Source: a virus
Taxonomy: Duplodnaviria; Caudoviricetes
Virus record (IMG/VR): IMGVR_UViG_3300023105_000124
Span: 1-30,224 of that record
Direction: 5' to 3' (one strand)
Length of the DNA stretch: 30,224 nucleotides
Below the pieces are notes generated by a model. That model was not told the DNA's origin, ran no database searches, and saw nothing but the letters and a program-made list of their open reading frames with translations. Positions 9,495-18,655 of the stretch are shown here, piece by piece (within the stretch, counting starts at the first letter, position 1; each line of letters starts with the position of its first letter). The position numbers were made by a program, and so were the translations under genes.

Positions 9495-12400
9495 TAGTAA
9501 CTATTTCCTCCGCTACTAGTACTTGTGTTATTAATTGTTAGTGTAGAACTTTGAACACCTGAATTTACAGTAGTTGTAGACGTAGAAATTACGCCATTAG
9601 CATTTAGTTTAGATGCTGTAATTTCATCAATTACTTCAATATCTGCAATTCTTGCTCCGCTTATAAAAATCTCATCTGATTCAGCTTTTACTTCAAATAA
9701 ACTACCAAAGACATCGGTAGTATTTGACGGAACGACTACAAATGTAACTAAATTAGGAGTAAGTTCTTGCATTACATAAGCAGATAGTTCTGAAAAATAG
9801 AAAGTATCGCCAAAGTTCCAGTTATCAATCGCAAAAAATCTATCAATTGCAGAAAGAGTTTCAGACTTTAAATCATTTTCATTAATAACAGCTTCAGGAT
9901 TTTTAACAATTTTAAAAGTTGCTTGCAAATTTGTATCAGCTTTATTTCCAAATAAAATTTTATATTTTACCGGATGATAAACAATTTCATCACTTATAGA
10001 TTTTATTTTGTTAAGTTCGTCACTATAATTTAAAAATAGCTGATCACTACTAGGCGGCTTAGGTAATAAAACTTGATCAGCTAGATATAATCTAAATTGC
10101 GTATCATAACTTTTAGTAAGCATGTAAATATCTATTATGTTAGTCAAACTAGGATCTAATCTCTTGTCTGCATCTGCTGCGTGTACATATAAAAACTTTA
10201 AATTATCCCTGCCTTTATTTGCAACATAGTCATTAGATGTCAAAAGAGTGTTAGACTCTTTATTAAGAACTTGGAATAAATCTTCTTTTACAAAATAAAA
10301 TATTTGGCCGTCATCGTACACTGTAGTAGTTTGTAAACTTAATTTTTCGTTAAATACAATTATATTGCTTTGAGAATTATCAAAATACAAATATTGTTCG
10401 CTACCGTCGATATTCACTTGTTTTTTTCTAAAAATAAGTTTACTATTTTCATTAACACTGTCATTTACGATCAAATCAAATAGTTCAGGATTATCAACTA
10501 CTGCATCTTCGTCGCTATCAAAAAAAGTAATTTCTATTTTACTAGCATCTACATAACCGTCAGAATCTCTAACTTTTGCTATAATTTCCCAATCATAATC
10601 TTGAGTAAATTGTTCTAAACTGTCTGGTTTGGTGTTAAAACTTAAAACAGAAATTTTGTCTTTTACAATTTTGCCTGATGTTGAATCAAAAACTTTATCA
10701 GACGAATCATAAAAAAATCTTATTTCATTCGGACTTTCAAAAACAAACTTACTAGACCTGTAGGTAATTTCGTATCTAGAGCCAGTATATTCAAAAAGTA
10801 CTAACCAGCTGTTATCAGCTTGTTGACTAGTTTCATTTCCAGACTTTGATATGGAAAAAGGAGATACTAAATCTATATTATCTAGTGTTACAATTTTCCA
10901 TTGCATTAAATTAACATCGTATCGCAAGGCAAATGTATTTTTATCAAAGCACTGGTCTATTATTTCTGTTTGAACATCTTCTTGTATTATTGAACTTAAT
11001 TTTGTAATAACCCTGTCTACAACTGCTCCTGTAGGAATGAAATCAGTTAATTTTACTGTACTATCATTATTAACAGTGACAATCTTTGTCCAAATAGATG
11101 TTTTTGCGCCTATGTGATTTGCTGTACCCTGCATTAATGAATTATCATTCATAAAATGATATCCATCAGGTGCTGTAAACTTTACTAAAGAATTTGGTGT
11201 TAATACCCTAGTTGAACTTGTTGAAAATGCACCTATCAAAAGCGTTGCATTGCTGCTATCTACAAATGTTCCTACATTTTGATTTGTTTTAGATGTAGAA
11301 CTATTCCAAGTTATATTATTTCCAGATAAATTGTTACTAGGAAATTCGTTGTAATAAAAATTCCGTAAATTATAATCTTTTAATATAGGTAAAATCACAT
11401 TACTAATAGCACCTTCAATATCTGTTTTGGTAGTAAAACTAAAATTGCTTTTTTTGCTATAGTTTTGCTTGTAAATTACACCATCGGTTCCTAATAGATT
11501 TGTTTTAGAATATTTTCCAGAACTGTCGATTAGATCTAAATATCTGCTTATTCCGCTACTTACTCTATTAACACTTTTAGTCTTTATCACTTCTGGGTTT
11601 CGTACTAGCGGAGCAATCTGATAGTCTTCAGCTGTAATCATTCTATTTTGTGTATAGTAATTACTTGGTGCGTTAGATTTTATATCTTCATTAGATTCTG
11701 CCTCAGATGCATTATCAACATTATATCTTAATTTAAATGTTAATGTTAATGTTTCCGCTTTATTTGTGTGACTTATGTACGGAAAACTAATAACTACTGT
11801 ACCTAAATTATTAGGCGTTACTAGTGTAGTAGAAGGATCACTTATCCTATAATAAACTTTGAAATTGCCTTTTGGAATATTTCCAAACACCCCGTCACCG
11901 AATACTAAACTAATTCTGTCTTCGATTCTCGGCAAAATACTGTAAATATTTTTTACACCTTTTTCTATACTATTATAGATTACATTATTTCCTTCAACTG
12001 AGCTTACTTTTGTCCAAAGTTCTTGCTCAATGTCGTTCTCGTCTAACTTATATAACCATACATCTGTTTCATTAATATTTGTTTCGTCGATTGCTACAAC
12101 TTGATTAGATGTAGGATTTTCTAGGTTAAACTTACCGTCAACTAATTCTCCTTGCCTAAAATGTACAAAAAAGCCTGTATTATTACTTGCTTTCCCTTTA
12201 CCGTCATCTCTATATATTATAGAAAACTTGTTAGTAGGATACGGATCTTCTTCGATTACACTGTTTTCTTTTATTCCAGTACTTACCGCTTCAAACTTTT
12301 TGTTCACGCCGTTTACATTTCTAGTAAATGTAAAAATAGGTAAGTCATTATTGTTTGAGTTAAATCTGTATTGTTCTGTATAGATTTTGCTTATTGTACT

Positions 12401-12928
12401 TTTAGCTATTGGATTGCCAATGCCTGCATTTACCGGAAGTGCTGCATTTAAAATTTTTGTAAATTGTTCATTTGCATTATCATTTGTTAAATCGTTCCAT
12501 GTAACTTGTACACCTGCTAAATTAAATCCGTTTGAGTCTACAATATTTTCAGTAGTTGCAACATTAATTAATTTCAAAAGACCATTTGCTGCTTTGTTTC
12601 TACTTGCATTATAGCTTAATAGTCTAGCTAGTCTTAAAACACTTTCTCTTCTTTCTGCAGTTTCAAGAAAGTTTTCTCTAGCATTAAGGTCTGTTCTAAA
12701 TGAAAAAGCCTGTCCCAAATATGCAATTAAATCAACAAGAGCAATATACTCGCTAGATTCAATATAATCATTAAAATCTTCTGGATAATTTTTTCTAAGA
12801 TAAGTTATCATTGTCCGTCTTAGATTATCAAAATCATAAGACAAAAAATCAGCATTTCTAAAACTTTGATAGATACGTTTCCAGTCCTCAGCGACTAGCA
12901 ATCTATTTTGTCTGTCAGTTGTTGACAT
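9494..12928 (-). CDS. gp6: Baseplate wedge subunit, T4 gp6-like (extended, 1144 aa)
   Basis: YDFDNLR...FNDY.ESS...LVDLIAY...ENFLETAERRESVLRLARLLSY, FGDGVFGNIP and ESNEDIKSNAP...QNRMITAEDY are gp6/baseplate-J-type motifs. GAGGA RBS upstream. Confidence 0.9.
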   Translation of the reverse strand: MSTTDRQNRLLVAEDWKRIYQSFRNADFLSYDFDNLRRTMITYLRKNYPEDFNDYIESSEYIALVDLIAYLGQAFSFRTDLNARENFLETAERRESVLRLARLLSYNASRNKAANGLLKLINVATTENIVDSNGFNLAGVQVTWNDLTNDNANEQFTKILNAALPVNAGIGNPIAKSTISKIYTEQYRFNSNNNDLPIFTFTRNVNGVNKKFEAVSTGIKENSVIEEDPYPTNKFSIIYRDDGKGKASNNTGFFVHFRQGELVDGKFNLENPTSNQVVAIDETNINETDVWLYKLDENDIEQELWTKVSSVEGNNVIYNSIEKGVKNIYSILPRIEDRISLVFGDGVFGNIPKGNFKVYYRISDPSTTLVTPNNLGTVVISFPYISHTNKAETLTLTFKLRYNVDNASEAESNEDIKSNAPSNYYTQNRMITAEDYQIAPLVRNPEVIKTKSVNRVSSGISRYLDLIDSSGKYSKTNLLGTDGVIYKQNYSKKSNFSFTTKTDIEGAISNVILPILKDYNLRNFYYNEFPSNNLSGNNITWNSSTSKTNQNVGTFVDSSNATLLIGAFSTSSTRVLTPNSLVKFTAPDGYHFMNDNSLMQGTANHIGAKTSIWTKIVTVNNDSTVKLTDFIPTGAVVDRVITKLSSIIQEDVQTEIIDQCFDKNTFALRYDVNLMQWKIVTLDNIDLVSPFSISKSGNETSQQADNSWLVLFEYTGSRYEITYRSSKFVFESPNEIRFFYDSSDKVFDSTSGKIVKDKISVLSFNTKPDSLEQFTQDYDWEIIAKVRDSDGYVDASKIEITFFDSDEDAVVDNPELFDLIVNDSVNENSKLIFRKKQVNIDGSEQYLYFDNSQSNIIVFNEKLSLQTTTVYDDGQIFYFVKEDLFQVLNKESNTLLTSNDYVANKGRDNLKFLYVHAADADKRLDPSLTNIIDIYMLTKSYDTQFRLYLADQVLLPKPPSSDQLFLNYSDELNKIKSISDEIVYHPVKYKILFGNKADTNLQATFKIVKNPEAVINENDLKSETLSAIDRFFAIDNWNFGDTFYFSELSAYVMQELTPNLVTFVVVPSNTTDVFGSLFEVKAESDEIFISGARIADIEVIDEITASKLNANGVISTSTTTVNSGVQSSTLTINNTSTSSGGNSY

Positions 12929-12949
12929 TACTAGGTCCTCTTAATATAG

Positions 12950-12956
12950 TATTTAT
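12950..12956 (-). promoter_or_regulatory. Late promoter core ATAAATA (gp55-type) for gp6/gp7-like genes
   Basis: Minus strand reads GATAAATACTATATTAAGAGGACCTAGTAATG. T4 late promoters are TATAAATA, and a gp55 gene is in the window. Confidence 0.7.
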
Positions 12957-12976
12957 CTTGCAAAAAACCAGGGTTT

Positions 12977-13477
12977 TTAAACTAGATTTGCAGTACTAGG
13001 TATAGACTCTCTTACAATGTTTTGTGTGGTAGGTGCAATAAATCCTGCTCTATTATCAAATCTAAGTTGTAGAAATTCTGTCAAATTATAAGGCTTATAT
13101 GTTAAATTTGCTTCTATTTGTATACCGTGCTCGTACTGATCGACTATAATTTTGTCGACTGACACTCTAGGATCAAAGTTTATGATTTCAGTAACGTTTT
13201 TTGTAATTGCTTCTTTTAAAACATCAGTTAGCGGATCAAATAGCACGTCCCATATAATAGTACCAAAGGTAGGATCTGATAATTTTTCACCTTGTCTTAT
13301 ATGAAAATGATTTATAATATCTTGTTTTATACACTCTAAATCATATATTGTAGCAGTTTTTCTATTAGGATCAGTTGTACTAAACCCTACATACGTTTTT
13401 CCAGGTAATCCGTAATCAAAGCTACTAGTTGAAGGTACTACAACTTCTTTATATAATTTTTTTTCTAATCTAGGCAT
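12977..13477 (-). CDS. gp25: Baseplate wedge / sheath initiator, gp25 (GPW_gp25 family)
   Basis: IKQDIINHFHIRQGEKLSDPTFGTIIWDVLFDP...FDPRVSV fits the gp25 GE-x4-P-x-FG...[ED]PRV pattern. It lies between the gp5-like and gp6 genes. Confidence 0.92.
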   Translation of the reverse strand: MPRLEKKLYKEVVVPSTSSFDYGLPGKTYVGFSTTDPNRKTATIYDLECIKQDIINHFHIRQGEKLSDPTFGTIIWDVLFDPLTDVLKEAITKNVTEIINFDPRVSVDKIIVDQYEHGIQIEANLTYKPYNLTEFLQLRFDNRAGFIAPTTQNIVRESIPSTANLV

Positions 13478-15162
13478 TAGTATCCTCCTCGTTCTTCATG
13501 AACTTTTTTGGCTGCTATACCAGTATCGCTAATAGAACTTTTTGCGTACACTGGTTCGGAATCTTTAGGTGCAGGACCACCGAACAGAATTTTTTCAGGC
13601 TTATATTGTTCAGGATCTAAATTTTCTTGATGTCGCCAAGGATGTTTTCTTGGCACACGACCAAGAACAGATTTCATTGTTGAATAGTCACCATAAGAAG
13701 TTTTTTCGTCATCGATCAACGAAATGCTTTCTGGCAAATCTTTAACCATCGGAAGCTCGGAATATTGCATTTGTTGAGTCGACGGTATGTCTCCTATCGG
13801 TAATAAATTATCAGTATCTGCTTCTAAGCCGCCGCCAATGGCCATGTTTCCAGTTATTGCAAAATTTTGGCCTGCTACATTCATTTGTGTTTGTGAATTA
13901 GGATTAAAATTAAAAGCACCCGCAGCTTGATCAAATTGTAATTTAAAGTCAGTAGGGCCAGTTACATCGCCTTGTTTGTTTTCGATATCAATCCCTTTAG
14001 TTGATTGAATATCAAATTTTCCATCTTTAATTCTCAAAGCAAAAGTAGGTTCTGCCCCCGGATCAGGTCTTTGCTCTATATTAATTTCGTTTTTAGCGCT
14101 AATATTAAACTCGTTAACTTCTACATTGAATTGATGAGCATGAAAATTAATTGATGCTTTTTCGTCCATTTCTGTACCCATGCTTATTCCTCCTCTAGAA
14201 TAAACATCAATTTTACCATTTGCAGTAAATTCCATCCAACTGTCGCCATTAGAATGAATAATAGTAATAAAGTCTTCACTATTATGTAAAATAATTTTGT
14301 GTCCTGTACGAGTTTCTATCCTAAATTGTTCACTATGAGGTACTGTACGTTCACCGCCAGGTGCTGGTACATATTCTCGTTTGCCATCTTTAGCAAGTGT
14401 AGTTCGATATAAGCCCGGATTTCCGTCATCAAATACAATATTAGTACCTCCGAGGCGACTAAAAGGTAATTCATTAATTACTTGTCCTACCTCTTCTGGA
14501 GTTCTATTTAATTTAGGTCCATCATATTTGTATGGTCCTGGCGAACTCCAACCTTGTACCATAGGTATAGCATCTCTCCTAGGACCACTTGTTTGAGGTC
14601 CACGATCAGGATCAGCCCATAAACCATTGACTTTTTCTAATTTTACTCTATCAGCATATGTTCCGCTTCCTTTAAAAGGAGACATGTTGTTTAACTGACG
14701 TTCATTAGTGTCAGGATCGTATACTGCCGGTGGTCTAATTTTTTTATTGTACTCTGCTTCTAGGTTATTAAACATATTAGCATTCATCATCTCATCTTGA
14801 AAGTATCCTACGATAAATGCTTTACCGTCGCCTCCTTCAGTGACTAGCACAATACAAAATCCTCCAAAGTCAGGAGGTATGCCCCATAAACCGTAACTTT
14901 GTTGATTATAATCATATTGATCGTTTTTTGTAAGACCACTAGATGGTAATTGGCCACCAATAGGTAGTAAAGGTATAGCATTAATTGCTTCTACGTTGCT
15001 ACCACCAGTAGTACCTGATTTACCTGAACTCAGCAGTTGAACACGCATTTCGCCCATTCGCTTACCGTCAATTGGATTTAAAATTCTACCAATGTATATA
15101 CCGGGATCAGTACTACCACTAGTCGGCGCTCTAGCAGATGTAGTGTCTTTTTCTTGTGCCAT
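13477..15162 (-). CDS. gp5: Baseplate central spike, gp5/VgrG-like (no recognisable lysozyme domain)
   Basis: N-terminal OB-fold-like GIYIGRILNPIDGKRMGEMRVQL...WGIPPDFG. Spike-type segment IETRTGHKIILHNSEDFITIIHSNGDSWMEFTANGKIDVYS followed by short beta repeats. Confidence 0.8.
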   Translation of the reverse strand: MAQEKDTTSARAPTSGSTDPGIYIGRILNPIDGKRMGEMRVQLLSSGKSGTTGGSNVEAINAIPLLPIGGQLPSSGLTKNDQYDYNQQSYGLWGIPPDFGGFCIVLVTEGGDGKAFIVGYFQDEMMNANMFNNLEAEYNKKIRPPAVYDPDTNERQLNNMSPFKGSGTYADRVKLEKVNGLWADPDRGPQTSGPRRDAIPMVQGWSSPGPYKYDGPKLNRTPEEVGQVINELPFSRLGGTNIVFDDGNPGLYRTTLAKDGKREYVPAPGGERTVPHSEQFRIETRTGHKIILHNSEDFITIIHSNGDSWMEFTANGKIDVYSRGGISMGTEMDEKASINFHAHQFNVEVNEFNISAKNEINIEQRPDPGAEPTFALRIKDGKFDIQSTKGIDIENKQGDVTGPTDFKLQFDQAAGAFNFNPNSQTQMNVAGQNFAITGNMAIGGGLEADTDNLLPIGDIPSTQQMQYSELPMVKDLPESISLIDDEKTSYGDYSTMKSVLGRVPRKHPWRHQENLDPEQYKPEKILFGGPAPKDSEPVYAKSSISDTGIAAKKVHEERGGY

Positions 15163-17429
15163 TATGGCCCTCCGTGAATATTAGTGCCAGGTTGATCAGC
15201 TATTGTGGTAGAATTAGAAATATCACCTTCTTCTAGCAAAGGTGAACTTGTTCCGTCACCTTGTTGCCTATGTCGTAAACATAATAAATTCTGTCTAAAA
15301 CCTTCACCTTTAGTAAAACTAGAATCTATAGTTAACACTTGATACATTCCCGTAAATTTGTACTGAGACGTGGTCATCCAAGGCACTCCTAGATCATAAG
15401 GCGTTTCAAAATTTATACGTATATCTGCTTCACTTCGTATATATTCTATTTGACCAAGTGATGTTTCATTTACTGATCCGCTGTCAATAAAATTTCCAGC
15501 TCCGGTACTTGTTAAAAAGTATGGATCGCCGTGTACAACTACATTCAGTTTCAACAAGTCAACTTTTGAATTCATCAATGTTTCATGCCAATATCTATTT
15601 AGAGCAGATTCTGGATGTTGAAAAAGCTGTCCGCCTGAACTTCTTGTTGGGCTATCTGATCGTTTTTGAGAACTGGTTAATGAGTCTTCGTCGCCGCCTG
15701 CGCTTCCTTGCTTATATTTTAACAAAGTCATCGGATCCATATCAGTTTGACCCGCTGCAAAACCAGACAATCTAGATTGTTCATTTTGACCTAAATCATG
15801 CCCGACGGGTACATAAAATGTTGCATTAAAATCTAAATCTAGTTTTAAGATATCTGTATTTTTTCCTGTATAGATATAATCATATACCCTAGCTGGTGAG
15901 CCGCCGCCTTTGCCTTTTGAACCTGGAGATGCAATTCTATTAGCTGCGGCTTTATACGGAATGACCCGATAAATGTAAATTTTTCCTTTTCTGCCTGTCT
16001 CGTCTTCCTTAGGTCCGTTAGTAGTTAAAACAAATGCAGTTATTCTAAACCATTCTATCTTGTTATTTCCGTCAGGCGGTTTCCATGCTCCTTCTTCTCT
16101 TCCATACTTACTTGCTAAAATAACTTGTTCAATAACATTAACAATTTTTTGACTATGGCTAATTTGCGTGCCAGCAACATCTAAAGGTACCCTAGAATTT
16201 TTTGTATCATGAACCATTGGATCATCAGTAGATTGTGAGTTATCAAAATTTGTGTTTATAACTATTGCAGGGTCTTCGGGATTTTTCTTTAATTCAGCTA
16301 ACCCTATGTTGTTAACATTTCCGTCATAAAAAGCTCTTATAGTAGGCCCTAGACTGTGTGCCGATTTTGAAACCCCTAATTGGAGTGTTTTAACATCACC
16401 TCCAAAATTTTGAAGATTGTATTGTCCTTCGTCGCCGGTGCTCTCTCCGCCTTTGGTGGATTCCCATTGCTGAATGATGTCAATAGGGTTATCAGTAAGT
16501 CCTGCACTAGCAGTCCCTAATATTGCTGCTTCTTCAGCTGACGTTTCTGTTTTAGGAAACACAATAAAATATTGATCTGCTTCTTTTTGTACACCTTTTT
16601 CAACCTGTTTTAGCTCTTGTTCATTTAATATAGCTTGTAAACTATTATTTCCAGTTGATAATATTTCTTGTACTGTCCTGCCTGCAATAGTTCCAGACGC
16701 CTTTACAGTAGCTACTTCGTCGTTAAACGCTTGATCATTCCAAGCAACTGCTAAACATTGGTAAACTGTGCCAGCTTCTGTTACTGTAAATTTTGCCTGT
16801 ACTAATTTTATAATGAAATTGTAAGGTCCGACTTGTTCATAGCTACCATCATCTTTCCAACCGTCAAATTTAACTGCTAGCATCATTCCGGCTTCAACAT
16901 AGTTTTTAAAACCTTGTCTTTGAGCTGCGGTATCTAAGTCTTTCAAAAAATTACCTAAACTATACGGCTCTACAATGTCAAATGCAAATGTTAAAGCACT
17001 TGTTCCTCTTTGTCCTTTTGTTGCTGATATAATACTTTTTATTTTCACATTATCAAAATGATAATCAGAACCACCCATGTCTTCAGCTACAGTTATACCG
17101 GCTCTAAACATTTTTCCTTTAAAAATAGATTCAGGATTATTTGTTTGCTCAACACTTAAAACATTTAATGACCACATCCAACTATAAGTTGCAAACTTAT
17201 GCAATGGGTTAATCGAAGGACCTCCTCCTCCGCCTCCTCCGCCACCGCCGCCACCGCTAGAAGATGCACCAGTGCTAGTTCTTATATTTCCTGATTCACG
17301 AAGATAGAAAAATTCATCAGGACTAGACGCAGTCCATGATCTCCACGAATCGCCCGAAGTTGAACGTGATACATTGTCTAAACTTGTTGCGCCATCTGTA
17401 ATATTTGCATTTGTTCTAATTTTAGACAT
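15162..17429 (-). CDS. Baseplate hub protein, gp27/Mu gp44-like
   Basis: 755 aa immediately upstream of the spike gene. C-terminal LNVVVHGDP...FTGMYQVLTIDSSF...FRQNLLCLR is typical of hub proteins. Confidence 0.65.
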   Translation of the reverse strand: MSKIRTNANITDGATSLDNVSRSTSGDSWRSWTASSPDEFFYLRESGNIRTSTGASSSGGGGGGGGGGGGPSINPLHKFATYSWMWSLNVLSVEQTNNPESIFKGKMFRAGITVAEDMGGSDYHFDNVKIKSIISATKGQRGTSALTFAFDIVEPYSLGNFLKDLDTAAQRQGFKNYVEAGMMLAVKFDGWKDDGSYEQVGPYNFIIKLVQAKFTVTEAGTVYQCLAVAWNDQAFNDEVATVKASGTIAGRTVQEILSTGNNSLQAILNEQELKQVEKGVQKEADQYFIVFPKTETSAEEAAILGTASAGLTDNPIDIIQQWESTKGGESTGDEGQYNLQNFGGDVKTLQLGVSKSAHSLGPTIRAFYDGNVNNIGLAELKKNPEDPAIVINTNFDNSQSTDDPMVHDTKNSRVPLDVAGTQISHSQKIVNVIEQVILASKYGREEGAWKPPDGNNKIEWFRITAFVLTTNGPKEDETGRKGKIYIYRVIPYKAAANRIASPGSKGKGGGSPARVYDYIYTGKNTDILKLDLDFNATFYVPVGHDLGQNEQSRLSGFAAGQTDMDPMTLLKYKQGSAGGDEDSLTSSQKRSDSPTRSSGGQLFQHPESALNRYWHETLMNSKVDLLKLNVVVHGDPYFLTSTGAGNFIDSGSVNETSLGQIEYIRSEADIRINFETPYDLGVPWMTTSQYKFTGMYQVLTIDSSFTKGEGFRQNLLCLRHRQQGDGTSSPLLEEGDISNSTTIADQPGTNIHGGP
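17220..17255 (-). repeat. GGN x12 tract encoding a poly-glycine linker
   Basis: Minus strand GGT GGC GGC GGT GGC GGA GGA GGC GGA GGA GGA GGT, read directly. Confidence 0.95.
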
Positions 17430-17750
17430 TTATGCTCCGATAGTATCTTTTATAAATTGACTCTGTGGCAAATATATTTGGACTCCTGCTTCTATATCAT
17501 ATATAGGATCTCTTATTACATTTAAATTTCTTTGTGCAAAAACCCACCATAAATCCGGAGTACCATATAAATCATAAGCTAACAAATCTGGTCTATGTGT
17601 ATACTGAACTTCTATTGTGTATAAAACATCGTTTGCCCTTGCAGGCACCGGTCGTATTGTTAAGTAACTTAGATATTCGTTATTTTTAACTTCCGTTTTA
17701 AAATAAGGACTAGTAGTTGTATACTTTACCTTATCATATAGAGTGGTCAT
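17430..17750 (-). CDS. gp53: Baseplate wedge subunit, gp53-like (LysM-like)
   Basis: YTI...RPDLLAYDLYGTPDLWWVFAQRN...DPIYDIEAGVQIYLP is the gp53/LysM signature. Confidence 0.88.
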   Translation of the reverse strand: MTTLYDKVKYTTTSPYFKTEVKNNEYLSYLTIRPVPARANDVLYTIEVQYTHRPDLLAYDLYGTPDLWWVFAQRNLNVIRDPIYDIEAGVQIYLPQSQFIKDTIGA

Positions 17751-18568
17751 AGAAAACCTCCTCCGCCGCTAGCTGCAAAGCTTTGTAAGCTAAATGATTG
17801 TGTTTTGCTTCTGCTGTATGCAACTTTACAATTAGCTTGTATTTCGCATTTAGTTGGTGCATAAGTTCCAACCGTAGATTGTATATAATCAACGTCTTGA
17901 GGTAAATTTATACTCCACGATGTAATTACTACTGGCACATTTTGAAACATAAACTGTCCGTACCCATTTAAAAACACAACAGGCGGCGGTGATCCTTGGA
18001 AAGCACTATTAGCATAAGCACTTTTAGTTACAGTTTTTAAATAATGCTGTGCAGCAATTATATATGTCGCTTCTTCGGCATTCTGACAGGTAAATGTTCC
18101 TGCAATGTTAATATCTTGGACCATGCTGTTCTGATACACAACATACGGATAAAGAGCATGTGTTGGTGTCATTTCTGAATACACAGCACCTGTACCAAAG
18201 TTTATAGTTGGCGTATAAGGCCACATACAACCTCCAGTCTTAGATAATGAACCGTGCAAAGGTCCAAAACTTACGCCAGAAGGAATACTTAATTTCACTC
18301 GCCAGTCCGGAGCACCTGATGCCTTCCATGAAGCAATGTTGTAAGGCAACGGTGTTGGGTTAGCACCAGGAGGTATATTTCTTCGACGAATGTTACTTAC
18401 GAATGTTTTTGAATCATAATTTTCTGTATCTGATAATTCATCTATATTATTTGTATTATCGCCATACGACACAGAACTTCCTGTATATGTATTAGGCGAT
18501 TCAGTAGGATTTCTACCTACTCTACTTTGTGCTTCTGCTGATGGATTTTCTACAAACTCAACTGCCAT
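17747..18568 (-). CDS. Tail-tube initiator / baseplate-tube junction protein (gp48/gp54-like)
   Basis: WPYTPTI...INIAGTFT...SPPPVVFLNGYGQFMFQNVPVVITSWSINLP...PTKCEI; the PP-V...P-V-[IV] pattern is typical of tube-fold baseplate proteins. First gene of the operon, with ATGA overlap into gp53. Confidence 0.7.
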   Translation of the reverse strand: MAVEFVENPSAEAQSRVGRNPTESPNTYTGSSVSYGDNTNNIDELSDTENYDSKTFVSNIRRRNIPPGANPTPLPYNIASWKASGAPDWRVKLSIPSGVSFGPLHGSLSKTGGCMWPYTPTINFGTGAVYSEMTPTHALYPYVVYQNSMVQDINIAGTFTCQNAEEATYIIAAQHYLKTVTKSAYANSAFQGSPPPVVFLNGYGQFMFQNVPVVITSWSINLPQDVDYIQSTVGTYAPTKCEIQANCKVAYSRSKTQSFSLQSFAASGGGGFL

Positions 18569-18590
18569 TTGTTTTCCTTACTTGTAGTAG

Positions 18591-18597
18591 TATTTAG
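18591..18597 (-). promoter_or_regulatory. Late promoter core CTAAATA for the baseplate operon
   Basis: Minus strand CTAAATACTACTACAAGTAAGGAAAACAAATG, with an AAGGA RBS before the ATG at 18568. Confidence 0.65.
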
Positions 18598-18626
18598 TTG
18601 ACAAAAACATACGTATATTTTATAAT
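18598..18626 (+). promoter_or_regulatory. Consensus sigma70 promoter for gp55
   Basis: TTGACA (18598-18603), 17-nt spacer, TATAAT (18621-18626): a perfect consensus 29 nt before the ATG. Confidence 0.9.
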
Positions 18627-18631
18627 AAATA
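18625..18631 (+). promoter_or_regulatory. Late promoter core ATAAATA overlapping the -10 box upstream of gp55
   Basis: TATAATAAATAC. The same heptamer occurs at 12950 and 24078, but it could be chance in AT-rich DNA. Confidence 0.45.
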
Positions 18632-18655
18632 CATTATTAGGAATAAACTTTTTAA

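Noticed and set aside
12963-12978. Inverted repeat AAAAAC-CAGG-GTTTTT at the gp25 stop as an intrinsic terminator
   Set aside because: The stem is almost all A-T and too weak to call with confidence.
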